Source: Mobula hypostoma (lineage: Eukaryota). From it: a stretch of DNA of 64,000 nucleotides. The notes below the pieces were generated by a model. The model made no database searches. It saw only the letters and a list, made by a program, of their open reading frames with translations, and was not told the DNA's origin. The position numbers and the translations under genes were made by a program. The stretch's first letter is position 1; every line of letters begins with the position of its first letter. The stretch spans positions 18,044,001 through 18,108,000 of the forward strand of contig NC_086097.1 of the NCBI RefSeq assembly GCF_963921235.1. The letters run 5' to 3'. Below, piece by piece: positions 24,695 to 38,010 of this stretch.

Positions 24695-25293
24695 CCCATG
24701 GTCCGCTCTTTAACAAATTATGGTATTGCTTTGCACTGCTGTAACTATATGTTATAATTGTGTGGTCTTGTCAGTGTTAGTCTTTGATTTGTCCTTTTTT
24801 TGTGATATCACCCTGGAGGAATATTGTATCACTTCTTAATGCATGCATGCATTTCTAAATGACAATAAACGAGGACTGAGCGTCCTCATAATCTAATCTA
24901 ATCTAATCTTCCTAATTGAAGCACAAATCATATTTAAAAGAGCAGTTGAAGTCGCTGTTTCCATGGAAACAGCGGACAGAGATACAATTGAGTTGCAGTC
25001 AGGAATGAAAGTGAGTGTGAACAAAATTGCAATGTCTAAACAGAAACTGGCTGGCAAAACAAATAGTGTTCTGTTGTGACGGGGGCTCACATACTACAGT
25101 ACAATGCAGGTTTAAATGTGAAACATGCAGAAAATGTGACAAAGTAGGACACATACAAAGAGCATGTCAGGCAGACTAAAATAAATGAACTGCACAGGAA
25201 AGAGAAAAAGCTAAAAAAGTCAAGTAACAGTTTCAAAAAGTGTACTCACTAACCTGCAAGCTGTTGACGAAAGTAATGAGAGTGAAACATGAT

Positions 25294-25937
25294 TAGAAAC
25301 ATAGAAACATAGAAAATAGGTGCAGGAGTAGGCCATTCGGCCCTTCGAGCCTGCACCGCCATTTATTATGATCATGGCTGATCATCCAACTCAGAACCCC
25401 GCCCCAGCCTTCCCTCCATACCCCCTGACCCCCGTAGCCACAAGGGCCATATCTAACTCCCTCTTAAACACAGCCAATGAACTGGCCTCAACTGTTTCCT
25501 GTGGCAGAGAATTCCACAGATTCACCACTCTGTGTGAAGAAGTTTTTCCTAATCTCGGTCCTAAAAGGCTTCCCCTCTATCCTCAAACTGTGGCCCCTCG
25601 TTCTGGACTTCCCCAACATCGGGAACAATCTTCCTGCATCTAGCCTGTCCAATCCCTTTAGGATTTTATACGTTTTAATCAGATCCCCCCTCAATCTTCT
25701 AAATTCCAACGAGTACAAGTCCAGTTCATCTAGTCTTTCTTCATGTGAAAGTCCTGCCATCCCAGGAATCAATCTGGTGAACGTTCTTTGTACTCCCTCT
25801 ATGGCAAGGTTGTCTTTCCTCAGATTAGGGGACCAAAACTGCACACAATACTCCAGGTGTGGTCTCACCAAGGCCTTGTACAACTGCAGTAGTACCTCCC
25901 TGCTCCTGTACTCGAATCCTCTCGCTATAAATGCCAG
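25294..25937 (-). mobile_element. Young CR1 3' fragment inside Gypsy
   Basis: YKALVRPHLEYCVQFWSP; (tttctatg)n tail; very similar to 53184-53875. Confidence 0.92.
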
Positions 25938-27499
25938 GTAGTCTTGAGGTTTACAATGTGAAAACTAACAAGAGGTAAGCAACACGGCTTTCACAAAATG
26001 TGAATTAATTAAAACGAAATTGGATGCTGGCTTGATTGTATCAGTCATTCACAAAATGAGTTTGAATGGTATTTCAAAGATACTGAGCTGAAGCCTGGAG
26101 ACATCTAACTAAGAATTTACACTGAAGAAAAGGTAATTCCTGTGGGAATATTTTTAACAGTGAAATACAACAACCAACAGGCCTCATTGCACTTGTATGT
26201 GGTAAAAACAGGACGGCCATCATTGTGGGGCTGTGATTGGCTGAGGCAACTACAACTTGATTGGAGATCCATCCACCACTTGCATGCCAGATCCCTTGGA
26301 ATAAAGTCAACCGAAAGCAAATTAAGAAAGGTATTGGATAATGCCACAGCATTGTCCAAGGATGACACTGGAGAACTCAACGTACCAAGGGTAAAATAGT
26401 GTTGACTTAAACTGTCACACTGAAGTTTTACAAAGCCTGTCCTGTTCCTTACACCATCTGTGATAAAGTAGCCAGTGAGCTAGATTGCATGGTAGAAGAA
26501 GGAATTCTTTCCTAGTTTGAGTGGAGCCATGGGTATCACCGGTGGTTTTGACAGCCAAGAAGAATGGGTCTGTTGGGATCTGTAGTGATTTTAAGGTCAC
26601 CGTGAACTCAGTACTGAAAGTAGATCAATACCCTCTTCCCTGGGTAGAGGATATATTTGTAGACCTTTCCGCAGAGGAACAACAACAAAGTTGATTTAGC
26701 TAATGGCCCAGCTACAAATGGACATGGAGGAAGAGTCCAAAGTGTTTCTCACCATAAACTGTTACAAAGGCCATTGTCAAAATAATTGACTTTATTTTTG
26801 GAATAGTATCTGCACCTGTGCTCTGGCAGAAAGCTATGAACCAGGTGCTGCAAGGCGTCCAGGCGCTCAGTGTTACCTGGATGAGATCATTGTTACCGGC
26901 AAGAACGACAAGGAATTCCTCCAAAATCTCAAGAGAGTGTTATAAAGATTAGAAGATTATGGGCTCAGGGAACAACATGACAAGTGTGAATTCTTTAAGT
27001 CAAACGTCACCTACACATCTTTTGACCTTGGATCATCCGCCACTGCTTGAATTTTCTCAGCACACAACAACTGCACAAGTGTGCTGAGAAAATTCAAGCA
27101 GTGGTGGATGATCCAAGGTCAAAAGATGTGTCACAGTTGTGGTACTTTTTAGGAATTATCAATTACTATAACAGATTCTTGACATATCTGACTACTGTGC
27201 TCCACTCTTTGAACTCATTACTACAGATCAGGAAGAAATGGCAACGGACAAAGAAGTGTGAGGTGGCTTTCCAAAATGTAAAGGAAGTGGTTACTTCAGA
27301 CACTGTGTTCACACATTATTATCCACACCGTCAGCAAAGCTTGCCCATGACACCTCACCTTATGGTTGGTGCAGTCATGTCACGTGTTATAAGTGATAGA
27401 ATTGAAAGCCCCTTAGCCTTTGCATCACTTTCCCTTAGCACTGCAGAGAAAAATTATGAACAGATTGACAAAGGGGCCTTGAGTTCCTGACAGAGTGGA

Positions 27500-28355
27500 C
27501 GATACAAAGATGGGTGGAGGAGTAGGTAGTGTTGAGGAAGCAGGGAGGATGTAGAAGGACTTAAGACAGCTTAGGAGAATGGGCAAAGAAGTGGCAGATG
27601 GAATACATTATTGGGAAGCGTATGGTCTTTGGTAGAAAGAATAAAAGCATTGATTATTTTCTAAATAGGAAGAAAATTCAAAAATCCTGGTGCAAATGAA
27701 TTTGGATAACTTGTAGGTTGAGTCAACGGTAAGGAAGGCAAATGCAATGTTAGCATTCATTTTAAGAGGACTAGAATATAAAAGCAACAATGTAATGTTG
27801 AAGTTTCATAAAGCGTTGGTGAGGCCTCACTTAGAGTATTGTGAGCAGTTTTGTGCCCCTTATCTAAGAAAGGATGTGCTGAAACTGGAGAGGGTTCAGA
27901 GGAGGTTCACGAAAATATTCTGGGAATAAAAGGGTTATTATATGAGGAATGTTTGATGGGTCTTTCTGTACTCCCTAGAGTTTAGAAGAATGAAGGGATC
28001 TCATTGAAACTTGTTGAATGTTGAAAGGTCTGGATAGAGTGGATGCGGAGAGGATGTTTCCAATGGTGGGGGAGTCTAGGACCAAAGGGCACAGCCTCAG
28101 AATAGAACAGAGATGAGGAGGAATTTCTTTAACCAGAGAATAGAGAATCTGTAGCATTCGTTACCACAGGCAACTGTGAAGGCCAGGTCATTAGGTGTAT
28201 TTAAGGTGGAGGTAGACAGATTCTTGATTAGTCAGGATGTGAAAGGATGACAGGAGAATGGGATTGAGGGGGAAAATAGATCAGCCATGATGAAATGCTG
28301 GAGCAGACTCAATTGGCTGCATGGGCTAATTCAACTCCAATGTCTTATGGTTTTA
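27500..28355 (+). mobile_element. CR1 3' fragment
   Basis: MLAFILRGLEYKS..LVRPHLEYCEQF and a CR1 3' UTR. Confidence 0.85.
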
Positions 28356-28705
28356 CCCTCTGCACCATGGAGGATGTCTTCAATGCCTCAAGAAGATAAC
28401 ATCCATCTCTAAGGACCTTCTCCATCTGGGACTTGCCCTCTTCTTGTTCCTACCATCTGGGAAGAGGTATAGGAGCCTGCAATTGCTCACTCACTGCTTT
28501 AGGAACAGCTACTTCTCCTCCACCAGCAAATTTCTTAACCCAGGGTAACTATGAACACTACCTTGGTTTTCCACTTTGGTTGCATTATTCAGTTATTTTG
28601 TAATTTATAGTGATTTACTGTATATTTCTCTGCTCTGTACTGTTGCTGCTGCAAAACAATAATTTTCATGTCATATAAGAAATAGACCTAATTCTGATTC
28701 TGTTT
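28356..28705 (+). mobile_element. Rex-Babar 3' fragment
   Basis: HLGLALFLFLPSGKRYRSL remnant and ttctgattctg tail. Confidence 0.7.
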
Positions 28706-28769
28706 CTGAGTAGCAGCAGTCTTAAAGCATGCCAACACACAAATGTTGTCTGCTTATTGAAGTTCAGCT

Positions 28770-28960
28770 AACCACCTTCCCCTCCCTCTTCCTTTTTATT
28801 CTGGCATCTTCCCCCTTCTTTTTCAGTCCTGAAGATGGGTCTTGGCCCGAAACATAGATTATCTATTCACTTCCATAGATGTTGCCAGGCCTGCTGAGTT
28901 CCTACAGCATTTTGTGTGTGTTGCTTTGGATTGCCAGCATCTGCACTTTCTCGTGTTTAG
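28770..28960 (+). mobile_element. PLE terminal repeat with partly decayed hammerhead (28825-28860)
   Basis: AGUC-CUGAAGA-U-GGGU-CUUG-GCCC-GAAAC-AUA-GAUU followed by the usual PLE tail. Confidence 0.75.
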
Positions 28961-29229
28961 AGGTTGGAATAACCTTTGTTTTAGAGTGGCAGAATAAAAG
29001 CAACATGCATTAACCTTTTTCCCACATTTCCTGTGGATTGGGTCCACATTGGCTGCAAGTTTATTGCAGAAGAGGTGTAGGTCTCAAGTGTGAATGATTG
29101 TGAGAATAACGCAGCCTTGCTTGATGAGAGTTTGTGCTAAGATTGTCTGCTCTGGGCTCACTGGTTAAAATCACAGTGTATGCTCCATGATTTAGCAGAT
29201 GCAGGATGGAGGCAAATTTCTGAGGGATT

Positions 29230-29770
29230 AGACTATAAGACATTGGAGCAGAATTAGGCCATTCAGCCCATCAAGTCTTCTCCATCATTCAATCAAGGCT
29301 GATTTATTTTCCCTGTCAATCCCATTCCTGTAATCTTTTATGCCCTGACTAATAAAGACACTATCAACCTCCACTTTAAATTACCCAATGACTTAGCCTC
29401 AACAGCCACCTGCGGCAATTAATTCCACAGATTCACCATCCTCTGGCTAAAAAAAAAATCCTTGTCACCCCTGTTTTAATGGACACCCCTCTATTCTGAG
29501 GTTGTGCCCTCTGGTCCCAGATCTTCCACTGCTGGAAATGTCCTCTCCACGTCCACTCTATCAAGGCCTTTCAATATTTGGTAGGTTTAAATGATCTCCC
29601 CCCACTGATTCTTCTAAACTCCAGCAAGTACTGACCAGAACCATTGAACACTCTCATATGTTAACTCTGTAAGTCCTGGAATTATTCTCATGAACCTCCT
29701 CTAGACCCTCTCCAACACCAGCATATCCTTTCTTTGATAAGGGGTCTGAAAACTGCTCACAATATTCCAA
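29230..29770 (-). mobile_element. CR1 3' fragment
   Basis: Reverse-complement CR1 3' UTR and ORF2 C-terminal remnant. Confidence 0.8.
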
Positions 29771-29789
29771 GTATTGAGTTGATTTGAAA

Positions 29790-30130
29790 CGTGCACCACT
29801 CTATTTCTGTTGTGATATCTCAAAAACATCATACATATGGTAGGTAGTGTTCCCTCCACTTCTTTTGGAGTTATTGTGTGATGAAGATCAAGATCACTTC
29901 TGGATAAACAGAATCCACACTGCAATTCAGGAAGCAGCACTCCAGCCATTGGTCAGAGACTGTTGCAGAAGATCCCAGAAATAATTCTCCTGTGGTAAAA
30001 AACAGGGTTTGTCCTCAGTAGCCAGAAGTCAGTAATGGAGCTAGGATTAGAGAGTTCCTTCAAGCAAGCACTGTCCTTGATAAACTCCCTTCTGTTCTTG
30101 GATCTCTGTGTGGTGGGTCCTTGACTATTT
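29790..30130 (-). mobile_element. Ancient RTE-clade RT remnant
   Basis: VLLPELQCGF resembles the RTE LPESQCGFR motif; otherwise highly decayed. Confidence 0.4.
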
Positions 30131-30142
30131 GGGCTATTGGTA

Positions 30143-30500
30143 ACAAACAAGAGAAAATCCGCAGATGCTGGAAATCCAAGCAACACACACAAAATGCTGG
30201 GGGATCTCAGCAGGCCAGACAGCATCTATGGAAAAAAGTATAGTCGACATTTTGGGCCAAAACCCTTCAGCAGGACTGGAGGAAACAAGATGAAGAGTAG
30301 ATTTGAAAGATTGGGGGAGGGGAGGGGGAAAACACCAGGAGATAGGTGAAACTTGAAGGAGGAGGGATGAAGCAAAGAGCTAGGAAGTTGATTGGTGAAA
30401 AAGACAGAAGGCCATGGAAGAAAGAAGGGGGCGGAGGAGCACCAGAGGGAGGGGATGGGCGGGCAAGGAGATAACATAAGAGAGGGAGAAGGGGATGGTA
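30143..30500 (-). mobile_element. PLE terminal repeat with mutated hammerhead (30242-30277)
   Basis: Homologous to 11843-12200; core mutated to CUGCUGA and AAAA. Confidence 0.8.
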
Positions 30501-32815
30501 ATAGGTTAGGGGCTACTGGTAATCTTAACGGTGTTGAAGAGCCTGGACGTGTCATGGATACCAACTAGTTGCTGGGCCTTTTGTTCTGTTTGGGCCTTTC
30601 AAACTGCTTCTTTTCCTACGAGGCATTCATTGACTGGGAACAAAAACATTCGGCAGTTTTTATTGGACTAGGTGAAGGTTATAGATGATTCTATTATCCT
30701 TCTCCCACATGGATCGTTGCTTGCATCACTGCCACAAAGATGATTCATGTCCAACAGGTCAAATAGGTGGGTTTCCGTCTAGTGTGGGTTAAAGAAGCAT
30801 TTTACTTAATCAGGAAGTTTTGTTAAAACAATAGTTCAAAATCATCCCTTAGTGCAATCTTGATTGTAGTGATCTAAGGAGATTTAAAGTGTGAACTGAA
30901 TAAGATGCAATCGCACGAGTATTCTAGAAGTCTCTGAGGAGTGAAAAGCAGAAACTAATGGATCCAATTAACCCTATGCAGCAGAGATGAAAGCACAGTG
31001 ACCAGAGGGTCATACCTCTCTTATCACCATTATATAATTTGTGTACTTAAAAAAAATGATAACCATCACTTCATTCTCGGGCAGTGATATACTTCATATA
31101 GTATGATTAAATTAATATTATGAGAATTCTGCAAACCAAACTGTTTTCTTTAACATTTTCCTTATATGGCTAAGTTACACTTTTCCCTGAAATAAACATT
31201 GAGCAAATTCCTGCAGTTACTTCTACTATAGATGACCAAGATGACAGGTAAAAAAAAGTTATTCCTATTCCAAAACCAAAAGTTATCTTGACTTGCAGAT
31301 TTTATTGATGCCAACTATGTGGTTAAAGTATAAATAAGAAGGCACCTAATGTGGGCAGATTATTCTTTCATTATTGCTGATACCCTTTCAGAGGGATGCC
31401 CTTCATTTATTGGGCTTATACACTACCCATTGCTCCACGCACTAAGACATCCTGGTTGTTCCAAATGAAATATTTTTATTCACTATAATTTGTTTAGACA
31501 GCCTTAATGATAGAAATTAATGTAACAGTACATCAATAACCAACAAGTGCCTTATACATTCTGAAAATCAATAATACTTTCCCAGTGCCTCCACTTAAGG
31601 GTAGGTTGAGGGCACATACACACAGAGTTATTCTCCTATGGTTGGTGTCACTCCTCGCTATCGGGTGTGGGTAAGTGTACCTGACAAGACTCGCCAGTTA
31701 GGGAAAAAAACAGGTGGTAAGCCAGCACAGCACATTAGTGCAAGGGTTTTATTTAGTGCCAGGTGTAAAAAAAAACGAAGCTGCTCAAAAGTTGTGAAGA
31801 AACAAAAGTATTTGCAAATAGACAAATGAAAATAAACATGAACCAAGATTTACAAATAGACAGGTTTTCTCCACACACGCTTTGTCATTAACTTTCCAAT
31901 ATAACTATTCGCCAGCCGTCAAATCCAACCTCCACACTTCTCAGTAAAGCAGGACTGGTGGTTTAAATCCACCTGCTAAGGGTATAGTGTACCTGATCTC
32001 ACTAACCCAGGCATTATTTTAGTATGCCCCAAACTGTCCCTTGGGTCTTTTGGGGCTGTTCTAACTGTCTACAAACCGATGTAACAGTGTGAGTGAAAAT
32101 GAATGAAACTGTTTGGAATGCCTGTGTCTAGAAACCTTATTTTTATGAGTTATAAGCCAATAGAGCACATTAGCTGAAAGGGCTGTTTTGATTAGCCAAG
32201 CTAGTGATTGTTTTATTGTTGAGGTGTGTAAATGGTGAACTCTCAAGAACTGCGGAACGGGAGGGCAAAGTGTGTGAACTACCGGGGAAACTAGACCAGG
32301 GACAGAATGAGGAGAAGTGACTAACCGGGCAAAGGGGCAAGGTTAGGGGGGAGAATTAGCATTGCCAACCCATTCTGTCTCAGTTGGGATATCAGAAACA
32401 GGACAGCAAAGGATAAAGGAGCAAGGAAGGAGTTTCAAAGAGAATTTAGAAATTTGTTTTACACAGACACTGATTGATATTTGGAACTCAGAAGGGGCAC
32501 AGGAGCCAGATTTAATCAATATAAAGTGTCTTTTAGACAGGCACTTAAATGAGGAAGGCATCGAAGAACTTAGTCCGAATGTGAACGATTGGGATTAGTG
32601 TAGGTAGACAAACATGGATGTGTTTGGCTGAAGGATCTGTTTTTATGCTGTACAGATTTATGATACTCAGTGAACAATCTAATCATGAATTAAATCACAT
32701 TGAATGTAGGGTATTCTTTTATACAATGAGTAACCCTGAAAATTAGAAGCCGAATAACAGGAATTTATCTAATAATATTTGATATGTTTTAGAGGGTGAT
32801 AATGTGCATTGAAGG

Positions 32816-33165
32816 TGGTGGGGTGGAGATATGTCTCTACCAAAGAGAGGTGTAAGGCGCTCCTTCCCTCCGCTAGCCTGCAGGTCATCCTTGGGCAAGG
32901 TGTAGCACAAGGTCACATGAAGCCACGGGGGCAGGTGGTGGATAGCCGTATGAGCAGCTGGTGCAGATCACAAGTGCTGGTTATGCGACCTCTGACGCCA
33001 GGCAGACAATCTCTGAAGAGTATTGATAATGGCTGGGGTCACCCGTCTTGTAAAGACACTGCCCAGATGAAGGCAACGGCAAACCACTTCTGTAGAAAAA
33101 TTTGCCAAGAACAATCATGGTCATGGACAGAGCATGATCACCCAAGTCATACAACATGGCACATT
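32816..33165 (+). mobile_element. RTE-derived non-autonomous element
   Basis: 3' end gaaggcaacggcaaaccacttctgtag resembles the RTE/BovB tail; related pieces at 11600 and 14281. Confidence 0.7.
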
Positions 33166-33229
33166 ACAAACAAATGTGCATTGGACAGATATGACAATTG
33201 TCATTGTAAAAGTGAAAGACTCATTGAGA

Positions 33230-33625
33230 TAGATAAACATAAAACAGTACAGTACATTACAGGCCCTTTGACCCACAATGTTATGCTGACCTCTCAACCT
33301 ATTCCACGATCCTATTCCCTTCCCTCCTATACAGCCCATAGCACTCCATTTTCCTTTCATCCATGTGCTTATCTAGGAGTCTCTGATATGTCCCTAATGT
33401 ATCTGCCTCAACCACCATCCCTGGCAGTGCATTCCACTCTCACACCTTCATCTGACATCCCCCCCAAGTTTTCCTCCACTCATCTTAGAAGAATGTCCTC
33501 TGGTATTGATCATTGCCGCTCTGAGTAAAAGGCGCTGGCTGGCCATTCTATCTGTGCCTATAATCTTATACACTTCTGTCAAGTTGCCTCTCATCCTCCT
33601 TCGCACCAAAGAGAAAAGCCCAAAT
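33230..33625 (-). mobile_element. CR1 3' fragment
   Basis: GLFSLVRRRMRGNLTEVYKII remnant and 3' UTR. Confidence 0.75.
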
Positions 33626-33712
33626 GAAATGTCAATACAATGGAGTCTTGTTGCTGTTACAATTCCGGATGTGTATCTGAATGGTTCTGCATCTCCTACC
33701 AATTCTGTAAGT

Positions 33713-35080
33713 GGACTCAGAGCTACCTTATTAGGCACCTCCTGTACCTAATACAGTGGTCACTGAGTATATGCTCATGGTCTTCTACTGCTGTAGCCCG
33801 TCCGCTTCAAGATTCAATGTGTTGTGCGTTCAAAGATGCTCTTCTACAGTCCATGTTGTGACGTGTGGTTATTTGAGTTACAGCTGCCTTTCTGTCAGCT
33901 TGAACCAGTTTAGCCTTTTTAGTCTGCTCTGCAAAGCATTTTTGCCCATAGAACTGCTGCTCACTGTTTCTCTCTGCTTTTTTTTTTGCCCCATTCTCTG
34001 TAAACTCTAGAGAATGTTGTGTGTGAGAATCCCAGGAGATCAGCATTTTCTGAGATATTTGAACAATCCTATCTGATGCTAACAATCATTCTAGGGTCAA
34101 AGTGACCTGGGTCACATTTCTTCTTGATGCAGATGTTTGGTCTGAACAGCAACTCAATCTTTTGACCATATCTGGACACTTATATGCATTGAGTGACTGG
34201 CACATGATTGGCTGACTAGACATTTGCATTACTAATCTCAAATAACGAGGCAGCCTACAGAGAAGAAGTCATCACCCTGACACAGTGGTGTCAAGAAAAC
34301 AACCTCTCCCTTAATGTCACAAAAACAAAGGAGCCGGTGTGGATTACAGGAGGAGTGGAGTCAGGCTCACCCCTATTGACACCAATGGATCCAGGGCTGA
34401 GAGGGTGAACAGCTTTAAGTTCCTCGGCATACACATCACAGAGGATCTCACGTGGTCTGTGCATACCAGCTGTGTGGAGAAAAACGCACAACAGCACCTC
34501 TTTCACCTCAGACGTTTGAAGTTTGGTATGGACACCCAAATCCTAATAACTTTCTATAGGGGCACAATTGAGAGCATCCTGACTGGCTGCATCACTGCCT
34601 GATATGGGAACTGTACTTCCCTCCATCGCTGGACTCTGCGGAGAGTGATGCGGACGGCCCAGCACATCTGCAAATGTGAACTTCCCACTACTCATGACGT
34701 TTACAAAGATAGGTGTGTAAAAAAGGCCCGAAGGATCATTGGGGACCTGAGTCACCCCAACCACAAACTATTCAGCTGCTACCAGCCGGGAAATGGTACC
34801 GCAGCATAAAAGCCAGGACCGACAGGTTCCGGGACAGCTTCTTCCACCAGGCCATCAGACTGATTCATTCATGCTGACACAACCGAATTTCTATGTTATA
34901 TTGACTATGCTGTTGTACGTAATATTTATTATAAATTACTATAAATTGCACATTGCATATTTAGACGGAGATGTAACGTAAAGATTTTTCTCCTCCTGTG
35001 TATAAAGGATGTAAATAACATTGTCAATTCAATACTGAGCAGCTGTACAGCTGTAGCTAATAAACTGGCCCCTGAATGTA
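33713..35080. mobile_element. Tc1-type non-autonomous element split by a Rex-Babar LINE
   Basis: Homologous to 2681-3207 (AKLVQADRKA remnant); right TIR gtagctaataaactggcccctgaatgta lies after the insert. Confidence 0.75.
34232..35032 (+). mobile_element. Rex-Babar LINE 3' fragment
   Basis: FKFLGIHITEDLTWS..FYRGTIESILTGCITA; (tcaat)n tail. Confidence 0.85.
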
Positions 35081-35081
35081 G

Positions 35082-35442
35082 AAACACAGGAGATTCTGCA
35101 GACGCTGGAAATCCAGAGCAACCCACACAAAATGCTGGGCGGAGGAGCTCAGCAGGTCAGGCAGCGTCTATGGAAGGGAACAAACATTCAATGTTTCAGG
35201 CTGAGACCCTTCATCAGGACTGGAAATGAAGGGAGAAGATGGTGGGGAGGGGAGGACTACAAGCCGCCAGGTGATGTGCAAAGCCAGCTGAGGAGGGAGG
35301 TGGGTTGGTGGAGGACACAGTATGAAGTAACAGGCTGGAAGGTGATAAGTGGATGAGGTAAGTGCAGAAGAAGGAGGAATCTGATAGGAGAGGAGAATGG
35401 ACTATGGGATAAAGGGAAGGATGAGGTGCACCATAGGGAGGT
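35082..35442 (-). mobile_element. PLE terminal repeat with hammerhead remnant (~35186-35221)
   Basis: Reverse complement AGUC-CUGAUGA-AGGGUCUCAGCCU-GAAAC-AUU-GAAU plus a purine-rich tract on the plus strand. Confidence 0.75.
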
Positions 35443-36537
35443 AACAAATTAGTGTGTCTATTTCTGCTCAATGTTTAGATCAATATAGCAGTATTATAAC
35501 TAAAATAATAAATTGCACTGCTGCTTACTGGAGAAACTTCCCTGCCATTTGCTTATCAACAGAAGAAAATATTAAATCAGTCAGTTTGTTATCTATATTA
35601 AAAACCAAGAAACTAATCCATCAAATTTTGTGCAGGAAATCAACAGTACTGAATACAGTACTTGCAGCTTGATGTAATTTCAGCATGTTGTACTGAGCTT
35701 TCAAAAGATATTTTAATGAAATCAATGTAGCACATCTCACACTACTGATTCAGAACAATTTTCTACGCACATGTTCCTTTTATATTGTCCTCAGTGTCAA
35801 AACAATGATTACATGTATTTGTGCTAACTCTCAGTGCAAAATTCTTAATACAGAATTACTACTTCTGTTCTGATTTGAACCACGAAACAGGAGAGCAAGT
35901 GAGGGTGTGGAGAGGTAGATAGAGGGGTGGAATTGAAATGGGAGGGAAAGGAATCATGGGAAAGGGAGATGTGGAAAATGATGTTTAGTGCTGTGAAGTA
36001 ATGCTGAGATTAGAGATAAGACAACACCTTACTGAATGTTGGAACAGACGGAAGGATTGATTGGAACACTCTTACTTCTATTTCTAATGTTCTAAGACAG
36101 TTTTTTTTTATATAGAACATAGAACAGTACAGTACAGGAACAGGCTCTTTGGCTCATAAAGTTGTGCTGAACCAATTAAATTAGTAATCAAATGGCTAAC
36201 TAAACTAAACTCTTCTGCCTACTCAATATCCATATTCCTCCATTTTCCTCTCATTGATGTGCCTATCTAAACCTCTATTAAAAACCCCTAATGTATCTGC
36301 CTCTACCACCACCCCAGGCAGTGCATTCCAGGCACCCACCATTCTCTGCATAAAAAATTTACTCCTTACATCTCCTTTGAAATTGCCCCCCCTCACCTTA
36401 AAATCATGCCCTCTTGTATTAGACATTTCAACCCTGGAAAAAAGATACTGTCACTCTACCTCTGTCTCTCATAATCTTATAAACCTCTATCGGATCTCCC
36501 TGAGCCTCTGCTGCTCTTGAAAAAATAGCCCAAGTTT

Positions 36538-36870
36538 CCTGTGGTGGGGGGTATTCAGAACTAGAGGGCACAGCCTCAAAATTGCGTGGTTACCTTTTAG
36601 AACAGAGGTAGAATGAATTTTTTTTTTAAGCCAGGGAGTAGTGAACCTGTGGAATGCTCTGCCACAGACAGTGGTGGAGGCCAAGTCTGTGGGTATACTT
36701 AATACTGCAGGTGATAGTTTCCTGACCAGTCAGGGCATCAAAGGATATGGTGAGAAGGAAGGAGTATGGGGTTGAGTGGGATCCAGGATCAGCCATGATG
36801 GAATGGTGGATCAGACTCGATGGGCTGAATGGCCTAATTCTGCTCCTATGTTTTATGATCTTATGGTCTT
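36538..36870 (+). mobile_element. Short CR1 3' end inserted antisense into CR1
   Basis: aagttt repeated at 36532-36537 and 36871-36876; (tcttatgg)-type tail. Confidence 0.8.
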
Positions 36871-37395
36871 AAGTTTGTCCCATCTCTTGTTACAATACAT
36901 GCCCTCTAATCCAGGCAACCTCCTGGTAAACCTCGTCGGCACCTGCTCCAAAGCCTCGACATTTTTCCGATGATGGGGCAGCCAGAACCATGTGCAATGC
37001 TCCAGATGTGGCCTAAACAGAGCTTTATAAAGTTGCAACATCCTGACTTTTGAACTCAAAGCCTCAACTAATAAAGGCAAGCATGCTATATGCCTTCTTA
37101 ACCACCCTATCAACCTGTGTAGCCATTTTCAGGCAGTTATGAACTTGGATTCCAAGATCCCTCCGCTCAACAACACTGTTAAGGGTCTTGGCCTTAACAG
37201 TGTATTGGCTCTTTACATTTGACCTGCCAAGGTGCAACATTTCACGATTGGCCAGATTAAGCTCCATCTGCCATCTCTCTGCCCATATCTGCAACTGATT
37301 TATGTCCCTTTGTATTCTTTGCCAGTCACTGCAGTATCTAGAGCACCACCAATCTTCAATCATCAATCATCTGCAAACTTACTAATCCACCCATT

Positions 37396-38010
37396 TAGAT
37401 TATGAAGACACGTAGTCCTCTTTTATTGTCATTTAGTAATGCATGTATTAAATGATACAATATTTCCTCCGGTGTGATATCACAAAACACAGAATAGACC
37501 AAGACTGAAAAAACTGTCAAAGCCACATAATTGTAACATATAGTTACAACAGTGCAACAACACCATAACTTGATGAAGAAGTCCATGAGCACAGTAAAAG
37601 TTCAAAGTCTCTCAAATGTCCTACATCTCACGCAGATGGGAGAAGGAAGAACTCTCCCTGCCACGCCGACCACAGTCCGACTCTAAGTCATCCGAAAACT
37701 TTGAGCTCTGATCAGCTCTCCGACACCGAGTACTGAGCGCCATCTCTGTCCAAACGATTTGACCTCAACCTCGGTTGCCAACAGTGGGCAAAGCCAGGGG
37801 TTTTGAGGCCTTCCCTCCAAAAGATTCCCGACCACGCAGTAACAACAGCAGCGAACGAGCGTTTCAGAAGTTTCTCCAGATGTTCCTCTGTGTTTTCACG
37901 TCCATTCTCCATCAAATCAGAATTGGCCATGGCCCCTATTTAACAGATACGATATCATTTTTTACCAGAGGGCTGCATACGCGCACGGTGCACTGCTCCC
38001 GTTCTCCTCC
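37396..38010 (-). mobile_element. Non-coding retroposon, same family as 21036-24910
   Basis: Shares gaggaacatctggagaaacttctgaaa and the ctaaatgacaataaa..gaggact..cataatctaa 3' end. Confidence 0.8.

Larger units (their letters stand above)
21036..24910 (+). mobile_element. Non-coding retroposon with (AATCT)n tail, split by L1
   Basis: Parts 21036-21522 and 24695-24910 match the minus-strand copy at 37396-38010; tail aatctaatctaatctaatct. Confidence 0.8.
20370..27485 (+). mobile_element. Decayed Gypsy LTR retrotransposon (5' LTR, gag, protease, RT, RNase H), interrupted by nested inserts
   Basis: LTR homologous to 51305-51566; gag remnant from 20632; LHLYVVKTGRPSLWGCDWL protease end; GSVGICSDFKVTVNSVLKVDQYPLP RT remnant; FLGIINYYNRF..PLAFASLSLSTAEKNYEQIDK; many stops. 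Confidence 0.88.

Noticed and set aside
24695..24716. Start codon of the 668-aa L1 ORF
   Set aside because: The first residues come from the TSD and flank; the element is 5'-truncated.
32809..33528. 239-aa ORF
   Set aside because: Spans an RTE-derived repeat and an antisense CR1; no domain signature.
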